From an uncultured Planctomycetia bacterium (lineage in GTDB: Bacteria > Omnitrophota > Gorgyraeia > B26-G9), in NCBI GenBank assembly GCA_964437495.1, contig CAYTGV010000003.1:17910-81909 (forward strand): 64,000 nucleotides of DNA, written 5' to 3'. Positions 21,354 through 29,809 of this stretch are shown here, piece after piece (within the stretch, counting starts at the first letter, position 1; every line of letters starts with the position of its first letter). Under the pieces are notes generated by a model. That model was not told the DNA's origin, did no database searches, and saw nothing but the letters and a program-made list of their open reading frames with translations. Position numbers and translations under genes: made by a program.

Positions 21354-22082
21354 ATGATGCGTTCTGGAAACCCGGCTTTACAGGCCAATGCCTTTAAGTC
21401 AATACCTCGTTCCGACGATAAGGCAAATGCCATGAGTGTACAGGGTACGGTAAATAAGACACTGATCTTACTGGCATTATCATTTTTAAGTGCAAGCTGG
21501 GTATGGGAACATATACAACAGGCAATGCCTTTTATAATGCCGGCTTGTATCGCGGGCCTGATCCTGGGTTTTGTGACTATTTTTAAAAAAGAGTGGGCTG
21601 GGATGACCTCTCCTGTATATGCGATTATTGAGGGAGTTGTTTTGGGCGGGGTTTCGGTTATGTTTGAACGCAAATTTCCAGGGATCGTTATTCAGGCAGT
21701 AGCGCTTACCTTTGGCGTGCTTTTTTGTATGCTTATGGCCTATAAAATGAAAATCATACAGGTTACAGCTAAATTCAGAATGGGTATTTTTGCCGCGACC
21801 GGAGCAATTGCTTTGGTATATCTTATTAGCATGGTCATGGGGTTTTTCGGCGCAAGGATTCCTTTTATACATGAATCAGGGCCTACCGGTATTATTTTCA
21901 GTATATTTGTTGTAAGTATCGCTGCTTTAAATCTGGTGCTTGATTTTGATTTTATTGAAAAGGGAGCTGAACATGGATTGCCAAAATATATGGAATGGTA
22001 CGGAGCATTCGGGATAATGGTAACCCTTATTTGGCTTTATTTGGAAATATTGAGATTGTTGTCTAAAACAAGAAGAAGATAA
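21354..22082 (+). CDS. Bax inhibitor-1/YccA-like membrane protein
   Basis: LDFDFIE, WLYLEILRLL. Confidence 0.85.
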   Translation: MMRSGNPALQANAFKSIPRSDDKANAMSVQGTVNKTLILLALSFLSASWVWEHIQQAMPFIMPACIAGLILGFVTIFKKEWAGMTSPVYAIIEGVVLGGVSVMFERKFPGIVIQAVALTFGVLFCMLMAYKMKIIQVTAKFRMGIFAATGAIALVYLISMVMGFFGARIPFIHESGPTGIIFSIFVVSIAALNLVLDFDFIEKGAEHGLPKYMEWYGAFGIMVTLIWLYLEILRLLSKTRRR

Positions 22083-22085
22083 TCA

Positions 22086-22985
22086 ATGTCAGGGAGGCTG
22101 GGCATGGATAAGTTTGTGGATATTATTGCCGGATTTATAAAAATGCCGTTGTTTAGAATAGGTGCAACGGAAGTAACAATCAGTAATCTCTTGCTTGCTT
22201 TATTGACTTTCATCTTAACTATTTTTCTGTCTTCATTTGCACGTAGATTAATCAAAAAACGCTTGAGTAAAGATCTTAAATTCTCTAAGGGCATGACTTA
22301 TGCTGTACAGCGTATAGTGCACTATATAATTATTTCACTTGGAGTTATTATTGCTGCGCAGTTTTTAGGGATAAATTTAAGCAGTTTTGCAATCGCTTTT
22401 GGCTTTATCGGGGTTGGTATCGGCTTTGGTCTGCAGAACCTGACTTCCAATTTTATTTCCGGTCTTATTATGCTGATTGAACAGCCGGTTACGGTAGGCG
22501 ATCTGGTAACTATTGAAAGTCAGATCGGAAAGGTAAGTAAAGTGCAGCTCAGAGCTACGATTATAAATACCATAGATAATATCTCAATAATTGTTCCCAA
22601 TGCCAAATTTGTGGAAAATCAGCTTATAAACTGGTCTCATGGAGACCCCCGAGTAAGGTTGCATTGCCCCGTGGGTGTTGCATACGGCTCTGATGTCCCA
22701 TTAGTACGAAACACATTATTACAAGTTGCAAAAGGCCATTCTCAAGTGCTTAAAAATCCTGCTCCGCAAGTGCTTTTTGAGCGGTTTAATAATTCCTCAT
22801 TAGATTTTGATCTATTGGTTTGGATAAATAACCCGGAGAAGCAATTTGTCGTAAAAAGCGAAATCAATTATGCGATTGATGAGGCTTTTAGGAAGAACTC
22901 GATAAGGATACCCTTTCCTCAAAGTGATGTGCATTTTTATACCGAAGCCGGCAAGGTTATTCCGGTCGAAGTGAAAAATACGTAG
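22086..22985 (+). CDS. mscS: Small-conductance mechanosensitive channel
   Basis: GIGFGLQ, VPN, NWS, GVAYGSD, IPFPQ. Confidence 0.9.
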   Translation: MSGRLGMDKFVDIIAGFIKMPLFRIGATEVTISNLLLALLTFILTIFLSSFARRLIKKRLSKDLKFSKGMTYAVQRIVHYIIISLGVIIAAQFLGINLSSFAIAFGFIGVGIGFGLQNLTSNFISGLIMLIEQPVTVGDLVTIESQIGKVSKVQLRATIINTIDNISIIVPNAKFVENQLINWSHGDPRVRLHCPVGVAYGSDVPLVRNTLLQVAKGHSQVLKNPAPQVLFERFNNSSLDFDLLVWINNPEKQFVVKSEINYAIDEAFRKNSIRIPFPQSDVHFYTEAGKVIPVEVKNT

Positions 22986-23023
22986 TGTATAATATTTGAT
23001 ATCGGTTTTATTCGGAGAAAAAT

Positions 23024-23635
23024 ATGATTATATTATTGAACTGTACGCTTGCATTATTGGCATTGATCAACCCGGTAAGTAAAATTTTTGTGCTTTCTAC
23101 TCTGGCAGAAGAAGCTGACTCCAGGGAATTAAGAAGGATATCTCTGAAAGCCTCTATGATTGCCGGAGCAATATTATTAATTTTTGCGCTTAGCGGCAAA
23201 TTTATTTTACAGACAATCTTTCACGTACAGCTGTATTCATTTCAGATAGTCGGGGGAATAGTTCTTTTTGCCAGGGGTTTCATGGCGCTGAACAAGGGGC
23301 TTTTTTTTGAAACAGAAGCTAATCAAAAGCTTGAGGATGCCTCTATCGTTCCTTTGGCATCTCCGATGATCGCCGGGCCGGCGACACTATCAGCCGCAAT
23401 ATCTTTCCCTGTACAGTACGGCCTGGGCAGGACATTGACTGCAATAATAATAGCAGTAACAGTTAATCTTTTAGTGATGATCTACTCTCAAAAGATCGGC
23501 TCTGTTTTAAAGCGGCAGAATCTAATGGGAGCGCTTATAAGGATAACCGGCTTGATAGTTGCTACTATCGGCGTACAGATGATGCTTGAGGGGATACTTG
23601 CTTATCTTAGTGTCTCAGGGATTATTGTTAATTGA
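23024..23635 (+). CDS. MarC family membrane protein
   Basis: INP, PLASPMIAGP, RITGL. Confidence 0.85.
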   Translation: MIILLNCTLALLALINPVSKIFVLSTLAEEADSRELRRISLKASMIAGAILLIFALSGKFILQTIFHVQLYSFQIVGGIVLFARGFMALNKGLFFETEANQKLEDASIVPLASPMIAGPATLSAAISFPVQYGLGRTLTAIIIAVTVNLLVMIYSQKIGSVLKRQNLMGALIRITGLIVATIGVQMMLEGILAYLSVSGIIVN

Positions 23636-23691
23636 GTGCAGTATTATCGTTTGGTTTTTAATTATATTTTGTAAATTGTAGGAGATAAAGC

Positions 23692-24756
23692 ATGATAAGG
23701 CGCAATAAAAAGATATCAAAGACTGCCGGACATATTCCGGGAGAGCTTGTTCATGTGGGAGAAAAAAAGATAGATAAAGTTCAAATATCAGTATTAGCTT
23801 ATGATGAGAAGAATCTGCAAGAGAAGGAAATAAATAATATAAAAGAGACCTTTACCTTTAAAGATACTCCGACAGTTACATGGATTAATATTAATGGTTT
23901 ACATGAATTAGGTTTAATCGAAGAAATCGGTAATAATTTTGAGATGCACCCTTTGACTCTTGAAGATATAGTTAATACCGCACAGCGCCCAAAATATGAA
24001 GATTTTGATAAATATATTTTTGTGGTATTGAAGATGATTATGTTTGATGAGGAAAAAAAAGAGATTATTTCAGAACAAGTAAGCCTGATCTTAGGTTCAA
24101 ATTTTGTGATATCTTTCCAGGAGCGAACAGGAGACGTGTTTGATTCCGTGCGCGAGCGTATTCGCAGCGCTAAGGGCAGGATTAGAAAACTTGGAGCGGA
24201 TTACCTTGCTTACAGCCTTTTAGATGCTGTTGTGGATAATTATTTTTCTGTTTTAGAAAAATTGGGAGATAAGATCGAGGATCTGGAAGAAGAGCTGATA
24301 ACTAACCCCCTGCCGAAAACTCTGCAGGCAATACATAATCTAAAAAGAGATACAATATTTTTGCGAAAAGCAGTATGGCCTTTGAGGGAAGTTGTTAGCA
24401 GTCTTGAGCGGGGAGAGTCGAAATTCATAAAAAAAGGCACGCGAATATTTTTGCGTGATTTGTATGATCATACTATACAGACGATAGATACCATTGAGAC
24501 ATTCCGTGATATGGTTTCGGGAATACTTGATATCTATATGTCCAGCGTTAGCAACAGGATGAATGAAATAATGAAAGTGTTGACTATATTTGCCGCTATA
24601 TTCATTCCCTTGACATTCATGGCTGGTATTTACGGTATGAACTTTGAATTCATGCCGGAATTGAAATGGAAATATGGATATTTTGTAGTATTGGGCTTGA
24701 TGGCCTTAGTCGGTTTTGGGATGCTTTATCAATTTAGAAAGAAAAAATGGATATGA
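23692..24756 (+). CDS. corA: Mg/Co transporter
   Basis: HPLTLED, QRPK, YGMNF, MPEL. Confidence 0.95.
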   Translation: MIRRNKKISKTAGHIPGELVHVGEKKIDKVQISVLAYDEKNLQEKEINNIKETFTFKDTPTVTWININGLHELGLIEEIGNNFEMHPLTLEDIVNTAQRPKYEDFDKYIFVVLKMIMFDEEKKEIISEQVSLILGSNFVISFQERTGDVFDSVRERIRSAKGRIRKLGADYLAYSLLDAVVDNYFSVLEKLGDKIEDLEEELITNPLPKTLQAIHNLKRDTIFLRKAVWPLREVVSSLERGESKFIKKGTRIFLRDLYDHTIQTIDTIETFRDMVSGILDIYMSSVSNRMNEIMKVLTIFAAIFIPLTFMAGIYGMNFEFMPELKWKYGYFVVLGLMALVGFGMLYQFRKKKWI

Positions 24757-24783
24757 TGTCACTTGAAAGGGGGCATGAATTCT

Positions 24784-24975
24784 ATGAAACCTAAGGCTAT
24801 AGCTATGCTGATTTTAAGCGGGTTATTTCTCATTATTTTTCTGCAAAACACTCAGGTTGTCTCTGTGCAGTTTTTATTCTGGAAAATAAGTATGTCCCGG
24901 ATAATTCTACTGCCCTTAATGATTATAATTGGTTTCATCGCCGGATTTTTAACAAGCAGAAAATCCTTTAAGTGA
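24784..24975 (+). CDS. LapA/DUF1049-like small membrane protein
   Basis: FLQNTQVV...FLFW, two TM segments. Confidence 0.7.
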   Translation: MKPKAIAMLILSGLFLIIFLQNTQVVSVQFLFWKISMSRIILLPLMIIIGFIAGFLTSRKSFK

Positions 24976-25055
24976 CTTACCTTTGATCGCATGATAGAAA
25001 AAGCTTAAAAATCTGACTTAATAAGTCTATTTATAAAAAACGGGGAACTAAAAAT

Positions 25056-25736
25056 ATGAATGATTACTATGCAATAATGGGTCTTTCCAAGAATGCCTCA
25101 GCGGAAGAAATAAAAAAGGCATACAAAAAACTTGCCTTTAAATATCATCCGGACAGATGTCCGGATAAAAATAAAAAAGAGGGTGAAGAGAAGTTTAAGG
25201 AAATGGCTGCTGCTTATTATGTATTGGGTGATGCCAAGCGTAAGAAAGAATATGATGACTATAAAAAAGGAGCTTATTCTTTTAGAAGCGGCCCGGGTGC
25301 CGGAGATTTTGCCTCACAATCCGGATTTGATTTTGAAGATCTGATCAAACATTTTCATAATACGGGCGCTGGTGGAGGGACCCGTCAAAAAAGAACATCT
25401 AATAGGTATGTATTTTTTGACGATTTGTCCGATATCTTTCAAGGAATGGACTCAATGCCAGGTAATCAGGCCGGAGGTAATTATAGGGCATATCAATCCC
25501 CTAATGTCGGCGGCCAGAAAAAATATGATACAGATATAAATGCTGAAATAAAAATACCTGCTCATATTGCTCAAGTCGGAGGGGAGGTTAAGGTAAAATT
25601 AAGTGATGGCAGAATGATAACATTAAAAATAAATAAAGGGACCAAGAAAGGCCAGAAATTAAGGCTAAAAGGTATTGGAAAAATGTGTCATACTTGTGAG
25701 CATAAGGGTGATTTGATCGTTTCTGTGCGGTATTAA
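25056..25736 (+). CDS. DnaJ-domain protein (CbpA-like, short)
   Basis: J domain with HPD; RLKG.G..GDL. Confidence 0.85.
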   Translation: MNDYYAIMGLSKNASAEEIKKAYKKLAFKYHPDRCPDKNKKEGEEKFKEMAAAYYVLGDAKRKKEYDDYKKGAYSFRSGPGAGDFASQSGFDFEDLIKHFHNTGAGGGTRQKRTSNRYVFFDDLSDIFQGMDSMPGNQAGGNYRAYQSPNVGGQKKYDTDINAEIKIPAHIAQVGGEVKVKLSDGRMITLKINKGTKKGQKLRLKGIGKMCHTCEHKGDLIVSVRY

Positions 25737-25755
25737 TGTTAAAAAGGAGGTTTTT

Positions 25756-26031
25756 ATGAGCAGTAGAAAAAAGTTTAGTTTAGATGATGCAAAGGAAATA
25801 GGCAAACAGCTGGGGATAAAATGGGACAAATTTGATGAAGAGCAATTTCGCATGGGTATGGATGTGGAACTAGAGCATGGATTAATTGATGAGGTTACTA
25901 ATGTTACTGATGACAATCCAATGACAACGGGCAAAATAGCTTTAGCGCATCTTAATGAGTTTCCCGATTATTATACAAGGCTTCAAATAATGGAAGAAGA
26001 AGCGGATGTCTTTTGGGGAAAAGAGGACTAA
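25756..26031 (+). CDS. DUF5661-like small protein
   Basis: GMDVELEH, KIALAHL.E.PDYY. Confidence 0.7.
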   Translation: MSSRKKFSLDDAKEIGKQLGIKWDKFDEEQFRMGMDVELEHGLIDEVTNVTDDNPMTTGKIALAHLNEFPDYYTRLQIMEEEADVFWGKED

Positions 26032-26066
26032 TATTTTTTTGTGCCATCAGATGAAGGAGGCCAATT

Positions 26067-26186
26067 ATGCAGGTCAAAGAAACTGGTGAGAAATATCGTT
26101 GTAATGTCTGCGGCAATGAAGTGACAGTGACTAAAGCCGGCGGAGGAGAATTAGTCTGCTGCGATCAGCCCATGGAGAAGATCTAA
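26067..26186 (+). CDS. Desulforedoxin / desulfoferrodoxin FeS4 domain (39 aa)
   Basis: Hand translation [39 protein letters not shown]; AGGAGG RBS; below the ORF-track cutoff. Confidence 0.9.
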   Translation: MQVKETGEKYRCNVCGNEVTVTKAGGGELVCCDQPMEKI

Positions 26187-26325
26187 AAGCATTTGCGTAT
26201 TGTTTAGGGATTAATTGAAAATAATAAAATCAGCAGCTTTTATTTGAAGCATTAAAATGATATTTTGCAGTAATTTTTTATGAAGCTTTGTCTAAAACTT
26301 TTACTCGATATAAAATATAGCTACT

Positions 26326-26361
26326 ATGAATAGAAAATTCTACATTAAAACCTTCGGCTGA
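26326..26361 (+). pseudogene. miaB: Original miaB 5' end (MNRKFYIKTFG*) cut off at attL
   Basis: ATG AAT AGA AAA TTC TAC ATT AAA ACC TTC GGC TG|A; joins in frame to C CAG ATG AAT at 45573. Confidence 0.9.
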
Positions 26362-26692
26362 CCCTTGGATTGCGCTCTACAAAGTTCTCAAACCATTCCT
26401 TTTAACTATTTTCCATCCTGAATTGACTTAATAATGCACCGCCCCGCCTTCGGCGGGGCTACTTGGGCATTGTTTAACCGTTCGCCTCAGCTAGGGCTTC
26501 GGCTCTCTGCGCACTCGCTAGGCCGCTCGCTTCGTGCTCATGCGTTACTACGATCCGGCTTTGGTCTGCCTCACTTCGCCAGAAATGGCTTCGTTTGGCA
26601 TCCCAGCGTCCTCTCCCGAGCAAAACCTCATAATTTAATGCTTATTTCTTTTTTTGGCGGCGGCGAAATATTTATTTAAAAAGGTGTGTTTT
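26359..26692 (+). repeat. P' arm copy 1 (attL side), GC-rich and structured
   Basis: Inverted copy at 36629-36965, roughly 90-95% identical by eye. Confidence 0.92.
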
Positions 26693-26865
26693 GCTCGGTC
26701 GAGTCCGCGCGTCGCTTCGCGCCGCCAAGCCGAATCTGTCTTGCTGTCGTAGTGCTGTAATACCCCACCCACCCGGCAGTCTTTGTGCTCGGGCTCAACC
26801 ACTTCGTGTTTTCGCTTACCTGCGCTCAAAGCCAGCTTCCCCTTAAAAGGAAGAGGAGACCTGTA

Positions 26866-26991
26866 TCAAATATTCATCAACACTTCTGTCTTTTTTGCAA
26901 AAAGCCAGAACAGTCCGCAACGCCAAAAGACATCCGCCTTAGGCGGAAGACATTTGCCCTTCGGGTTCGCGTTGCTTTGATGAATATTTGA
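26866..26991. repeat. 126-bp element with perfect 15-bp terminal inverted repeats
   Basis: tcaaatattcatcaa / ttgatgaatatttga; internal tccgcc-tta-ggcgga hairpin. Confidence 0.7.
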
Positions 26992-27060
26992 AAAGTTTTC
27001 AATACAAAGCTTTTGCTAATATATATTGCACACACGGTGCAATATGTGTATAATATTAAC

Positions 27061-28068
27061 ATGACTAATGTTTCTATTCCAGAAGCTTCATATTCCAATC
27101 TATTAAAAAAATTAAAAAAAGAAATTGCTGAAGGCCTAGTCCGTGCCCAGAGAGCTTATGACAGGGAAAAAGTCATAGCTTACTGGAAAATAGGTCAATC
27201 AATCTCCAAACATCTTTCAAAAAATAAGGATAGAGCAGATTATGGCAAGAAACTATATAAAAGACTTTCTGATGATCTTTCTATCGGGGAACGCCTACTT
27301 TATCAAATATCTCAATTTTACAATACATATCCTCATTTTAAACCTTCCCAAAACTTAAAATGGTCCCATTATCGTTTATTGACCTCAGTTAAAGACGAAG
27401 GGAAGAGAACTCTTCTTGAAACTAAAGTCTCAAATGATAACTGGTCAAAGAGAGCATTAGAAGATTTTATTAGAGAAGACAAAGAGCAAGATGTTGAACC
27501 TACAAAGCCTTCCATAAAAAGAACGAAAAAGCTATCTTGTTCTAAAGGCAGGTTGTATACATACAAGATATTCAAAGATGACTATGCGGATAATATGCTT
27601 ATAGATTGCGGGTTTAATACTTATAGAGAATCCGAAATGGCAAGTTTTAAGGGGGACTTTGTAGAAACCGTTAAAGCAGAAGATAGCTACAAACTGCTTA
27701 AGTCAACCGCTACTCGTAAACATCTATATACTTACAAGGCATATATTAAAAAGATAATTGACGGTGATACTATCTGGGTAAATATAGATTGTGGTTTTAA
27801 GACATGGGTTAAGCAAAAAATCCGGTTGCGTGGCATAGATACTCCCGAGATTGAGACGAAAAAGGGGATAGAATCGTTTAAGTTTGTTTGCAAGGTACTT
27901 AAAAACCTACCATTCATTATAATCAAAAGTCATGGCAGAGATAAATACGACCGTTATCTTATGGATCTTTATTACACAAAAGGAGAAGAAAACCCTTTAG
28001 TTGTCCTAGAGAAGGGGGCATTTCTTAATCAAGTGCTTTTGGATAAGAATTTAGCAATACGGGTATAA
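27061..28068 (+). CDS. DUF1016 N-terminal (YhcG-like) + thermonuclease (SNase) fusion
   Basis: YWKIG..YG...L.WSHYRLL..WS.R; IDGDT, IRLRGIDTPE, DKYDRYL. Confidence 0.8.
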   Translation: MTNVSIPEASYSNLLKKLKKEIAEGLVRAQRAYDREKVIAYWKIGQSISKHLSKNKDRADYGKKLYKRLSDDLSIGERLLYQISQFYNTYPHFKPSQNLKWSHYRLLTSVKDEGKRTLLETKVSNDNWSKRALEDFIREDKEQDVEPTKPSIKRTKKLSCSKGRLYTYKIFKDDYADNMLIDCGFNTYRESEMASFKGDFVETVKAEDSYKLLKSTATRKHLYTYKAYIKKIIDGDTIWVNIDCGFKTWVKQKIRLRGIDTPEIETKKGIESFKFVCKVLKNLPFIIIKSHGRDKYDRYLMDLYYTKGEENPLVVLEKGAFLNQVLLDKNLAIRV

Positions 28069-28076
28069 ATAATACA

Positions 28077-28106
28077 GATGTAGGGGGAGGGGCTTGTCTC
28101 CGCCCG
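28077..28106 (+). repeat. GTAG-type REP palindrome
   Basis: gatgtagggggaggggcttgtctccgcccg; near-copy at 46279-46307. Confidence 0.6.
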
Positions 28107-28132
28107 CTAATCATAGACAGTTGTGTTAATAA

Positions 28133-28158
28133 ATAGTACGTAGTATACTACGTACTAT
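28133..28158. promoter_or_regulatory. Perfect 26-bp palindrome, likely operator
   Basis: atagtacgtagtatactacgtactat directly before the RBS of the AbrB-like gene. Confidence 0.65.
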
Positions 28159-28168
28159 AGGAGGCTTA

Positions 28169-28351
28169 ATGATGGCTAGATATAAGAAGGAAGATGGAGT
28201 GGTTAGGAAATTAACCAAAACAGGAAAATACACTTATTACGTAACAATTCCAAGAGAATATATTGCAACACTTGGATGGAGAAAAAAGCAAAAAGTATCA
28301 GTTCGGCTTTCAGGAAAGAAGATTATTATTGAGGATTGGAAGACACAATAA
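28169..28351 (+). CDS. AbrB/MazE/SpoVT DNA-binding protein
   Basis: RKL.K.G..TYYVTIP...LGW. Confidence 0.8.
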   Translation: MMARYKKEDGVVRKLTKTGKYTYYVTIPREYIATLGWRKKQKVSVRLSGKKIIIEDWKTQ

Positions 28352-28464
28352 GCATTATTGTTGTATTTTTTGTACTTTGATTGCTCTAACTATATGAATG
28401 TTGTATAATAGATACTAACATTGTATATTTCAATAATAAAGACAATAATATTATTGAGGGAGAT

Positions 28465-28911
28465 ATGAGTATAATTGACTTAACACAACAAGAAGCAGAT
28501 GCATTAATTGCTATGGATAAAGTACGTATTAGCGATGAGCGGTATCTATTTCCTCAGCTTGGTGGTTCCTTAAGAATTCCTTTAAAATCGAAGGATGCAC
28601 GAGAGGAATTTATGCTTGATATTACCAGAGGTCAGATTAACCTTAAGAAAAATACTTTTCAAAATAGAGCACGTAAAGCAATAGTGCTAGTTAGGGTTGA
28701 TATTGATGGCCCCCCTCATTGTAATCCAGATGATAAAATAGTAGATTGCCCACATATTCATACTTATCGTGAAGGTTTTGGTGATAAATGGGCAGTCTCT
28801 TTGCCGGATTTTTTCTCGAAACCCGATGATAGTTGGACGACACTCGAAGAATTCATGAAGTATTGTAATATTTCTGATAAGCCGAATATTACTAGGGAAT
28901 TATTTATATGA
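28465..28911 (+). CDS. DUF6978-like protein
   Basis: LTQ.EAD.L, LVRVD...HCNPD, PHIH.YREG. Confidence 0.65.
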   Translation: MSIIDLTQQEADALIAMDKVRISDERYLFPQLGGSLRIPLKSKDAREEFMLDITRGQINLKKNTFQNRARKAIVLVRVDIDGPPHCNPDDKIVDCPHIHTYREGFGDKWAVSLPDFFSKPDDSWTTLEEFMKYCNISDKPNITRELFI

Positions 28912-29675
28912 AGGATGAAATTCAAAAATTATTAGATAATTATAATTTGTGGTTAAAAGATAGAACCGTTCTGAAACAAATTACTGATAAATGGGTTGAA
29001 ATTACTACGCCTCATCTTGATCGGCATAATGATTGTTTGCAGATTTATGTATTCAAACAAAATAATGGCTATTTAATAACAGATGATTCATATATAATTA
29101 CTGACTTAGCAAATTCAGGGTGTACTATAGATACTCCTAAGCGTCAAGAGCTTCTTAGGATGACTTTAGCTGGTTTTGGAGTGCAATTAGATGGTGATCG
29201 TTTAGTTGTTCATGCTACTTTTGAAAATTTTTCGCAAAAAAAACATAATATTATTCAGGCAATGGTGGCAGTTAATGATCTTTTTTATTTGGCGTCTCCT
29301 TATGTGTCTAGTATTTTTTATGAAGATGTTGCCAAATGGCTTGATCTTTCCGACATACGTTATACCCCTAAAGTTAAATTTACTGGTAAAACAGGGTATG
29401 ATTATATGTTTGATTTTGTAGTGCCTAAATCTAGGCAAGCACCTGAACGGATTTTACAGACAGTTAATAATCCTAAAAAAGATTCTGCTGAAGCCCTGCT
29501 TTATAGATGGATGGATACAAAGGAAACAAGACCACCAGATTCTAGATTGTATGCCTTTTTAAATGATTCCAATTTTCGTGTTTCGCAATCTGTTGTTGAT
29601 GCATTGGCAAGTTATGATGCGGTTCCTATTTTGTGGTCAAACCGTGAAGGGACACGCAAAGCATTATGTTCTTAG
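28908..29675 (+). CDS. DUF1828/DUF1829 protein
   Basis: ITTP.LDRHND, TDD, GKTG....FDF; overlaps the upstream gene. Confidence 0.75.
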   Translation: MKDEIQKLLDNYNLWLKDRTVLKQITDKWVEITTPHLDRHNDCLQIYVFKQNNGYLITDDSYIITDLANSGCTIDTPKRQELLRMTLAGFGVQLDGDRLVVHATFENFSQKKHNIIQAMVAVNDLFYLASPYVSSIFYEDVAKWLDLSDIRYTPKVKFTGKTGYDYMFDFVVPKSRQAPERILQTVNNPKKDSAEALLYRWMDTKETRPPDSRLYAFLNDSNFRVSQSVVDALASYDAVPILWSNREGTRKALCS

Positions 29676-29809
29676 ATTTGTTATGATTAAAGGTCACATA
29701 TAATATCTAAAAAGAGGTCTCTTACTGCAATAAGTTGTTTTTTGAGTAGAATACGTTTACTTAATAGGTGAAAATCTAAAACTTAAATATTTTCGAAAAA
29801 GGGTATCAA

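Noticed and set aside
26434-26991. Short ORFs (64-81 aa) in the P' arm, and their mirrors at 36617-36893
   Set aside because: The two arm copies differ by frame-breaking indels; these are GC-rich shadow ORFs of a non-coding repeat
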